Below are positions 61,481 through 64,000 of a DNA stretch of 64,000 nt, piece after piece. The DNA is from Monocercomonoides exilis PA203. Taxonomy: Eukaryota; Protista; Preaxostyla. Numbering within the stretch: position 1 is the stretch's first letter; each line of letters opens with the position of its first letter. Location of the stretch: positions 2,418,001-2,482,000 of the forward strand of contig LSRY02000001.1 in assembly GCA_001643675.2 (NCBI GenBank), written 5' to 3'. The notes under the pieces were generated by a model. That model was not told where the DNA came from. It was given only the letters and a program-made list of their open reading frames with translations, and did no database searches. A program made the position numbers and the translations under genes.

Positions 61481-62361
61481 TCCCTTTTTGCCAGAACTCT
61501 GTGCAATTGAGAGGATGATAATTCTGTTTTTTCTGTCATCAAAATTGGGAATGATTAATTTCTCCAGAATTATCAAAAATAATGTTCCTGTCATCGGTAA
61601 TCCTTTTCAGATGCATGGTTTGATATTATGTTAATATATATCTTTATCGAAACATTGAAATTATCAACTTTCCAAAATTCTGCAGTAAATCAAACATGCG
61701 AATAAAATTGAAAATGGCAACATTCAGCCGGAAGAAGACATGATGAAGAAGAATAATGACTATTCTTTCATTATTAACACAATTTTGATTGTTTTTGATA
61801 TATTTTTATTTCAATTGTTCATAATAATGAAAAACAAGAGAATGTTTCATTGAGAGTGTGAGTGTTTGGCACCAGGGTGCGGGGAAAACATAAATGGTAT
61901 TGTGAATATTATCTCTTTGTTTTGAATGTCCCAACTGAGTTAGAATATAAGTTTGATAGGTCTAGACTACGATTCGCTTATATCTTTGTTCTCTGAAATC
62001 ACGTGTAATTTGGAATTCAAAGAAATGAGCAGAAAAACGTAAGAATAATCAAAAGACTGGAGGAGAAACATTCAAATTTGATGAACAAGAAAGAAAATAT
62101 TGTTTTCTGAATGAAGATTCTGAGCGTTCAAGTCAATTGAAGAAGCAGTTAAAAGAAGAAAGGAAACAAATTGAAGGTCAAAGAAAGATTTTTTTTTAAC
62201 AATGTTTCTTTCATTTCATCAAAACGAAGTGGGATATAAAATATTATTTTTGAAAAGATCTTCAAATGCATGTTTGTTTTCTATTTAACGAAATGATGAA
62301 AAAAAGAAAAACAGTAATTTTATGTGAAAAAATTCAAAACAATATCTCAAGCATTCACAAA

Positions 62362-63724
62362 TTAATCAGAAATATCCTCCGACAATTCATCGGAATCAAA
62401 AATTATCTTTTTCAGTAGATAAAATAATTTATGATAACTTATGATGATATCTTCGCATCCTCCTTCTTCAAGCTTTTCAAACACTTTCCTTTTCAACTCT
62501 TTTCTTTTCGCTTCTTCCCTTTCATCATCCTCCTTTTCTTTCAATCGACTTGAAACATTCATAAAGAATTGTAAGCATTCATTTGTCATGTCTTCATTCA
62601 ATGTTTGTCTCTGTATCTCCTCCAAAATAGCATCAATTGCACCGCTTTTCAATAAATCTTCAACTTTCACAATTCTCCTTTCTGATGCAATTTTTAAGGA
62701 ATAAATGCATTGATCGCTAATAACGGTGTGATTATCCTTCGCTGCTCGAAATACCTGAACAATATTGTTGATGAGCTCGATATATTCTTCATTCCACAAT
62801 GAGCATAAGAAGAAAAAATAATTCAATGCTTGCATCCATCTTATCAATGAAAGCACTTCTTTCGTTTCTTTTCTTCTTTTTTCATTTTCTTCTTTCTTCT
62901 TCTAATACATTTCTTGTCAGCTCTTTCATTTCTTTTGCTGCTTCTCTTATAAAACGCTGACTATTCACAATTTCTCCCTCCAAGCTTTTGCCATACCTAA
63001 AATGGTTAATTAAAAATTGCCAAGCAGAATGATAACCAAGTCGTGTCAGATTATGATGCTCTTGATGATAATGAATGATCTCTCTGATTTCATTTTGATA
63101 CAATTCTTTTGGCACTTCCTATGCAAAAAATCAGAAAAAAAAATTGAAAAATGTCAAAAGAAAATTGAAATTCTCAAACACAATATCCTTCGATGCTACT
63201 TTATGCAAATAAAGCCATTTCCACTTCTTTTTGAGTCTCCTCGCTTTCATCTTTGACCGATGCAGCTTTCAGAAGACAAGGCACACAAATAGATAGCAAA
63301 TCATATGAAGGACTAAAGGTTAGCAAAAGATAGCATTCGCAAAGATCAGTCAAATGCTTTTCATTCATTTCTTCTTTTTCTTCTCATTTTCATCAATAAT
63401 CATCTCTTTCATCCTTTCGCTCAATAACGAATAATCAAAAGAATATAATAAAATCTTTTTCAACTCTTTGTAATATCCGACATGCTTCAACAACAAAATT
63501 GTATTTTCAATTGACAATTTTATTTCTTCAATCAATTTGTTCATTTTATCACACAGTTCCGCATTAAAAACTGATTCAAATTCTTCTTTGTTCATTCCAT
63601 CAACAATTTCATTTATCTCAAGGATTTTTTTTTCTCTGTTCATCTTCATAGCAATGCTCCAGCTCAGAAAACAATTCTTCAAAAAAGAACAATTGAAAGA
63701 AAACCAATCAAAAAGAATTTCCAT
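62362..63724 (-). pseudogene. Helical-family copy 4, frameshifted
   Basis: MNKEEFESVF, HQEHHNLTRLGYHSAWQFLI and LLKSGAIDAILEEI lie in different frames, with stops between them. Confidence 0.8.
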
Positions 63725-64000
63725 GCTACTGCAATAGCAAACCTATGAACTTTTTTGTGTTGTCTGTCCCCTATATACAGATTTTTTTAAAAAAAATTTG
63801 AACCAAAAAACAGCGCCATTTTGATATTCACAATGAAAGATCATTTGATTGATTGAAGAAAACGGATGAAAAATGAAAACTCACAAAATATGAAAGAAAA
63901 ATATGCATTCATACTGTTCCATCAAGCGTTGACATTTTCGACTTGTTATTTCAAAGAAAAAGAATTCTTTGTTTTTTCTCTTTGTATTTATGGATATTTT

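Overview
AT-rich eukaryotic DNA with short GT-AG introns, read in the standard genetic code. The gene families resemble those I recall from the oxymonad Monocercomonoides; this is an inference, not a database result. The window is dominated by mobile DNA. The main element is a structurally complete DIRS-type tyrosine-recombinase retrotransposon (25869-32158) with inverted termini, an exact internal complementary region (ICR), gag, RT-RNaseH and YR in three different frames, two candidate ribosomal frameshift sites and a hairpin-rich non-coding 3' region. Other mobile DNA: a 5.16-kb hAT-like element with 15-bp TIRs and an 8-bp TSD, three decayed intron-containing pogo/Fot1-like DD35D transposases, and several MITE/foldback elements. 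Host genes: a roughly 2830-codon AbpF-like gene with an internal 76-aa ubiquitin-like domain ending in GG and one in-frame TAA; a 2612-aa beta-helix receptor with a degenerate kinase domain plus two pseudogenic relatives, one bracketed by inverted repeats; an F-box/TMEM185-like membrane protein; and four paralogs of an uncharacterized helical family.
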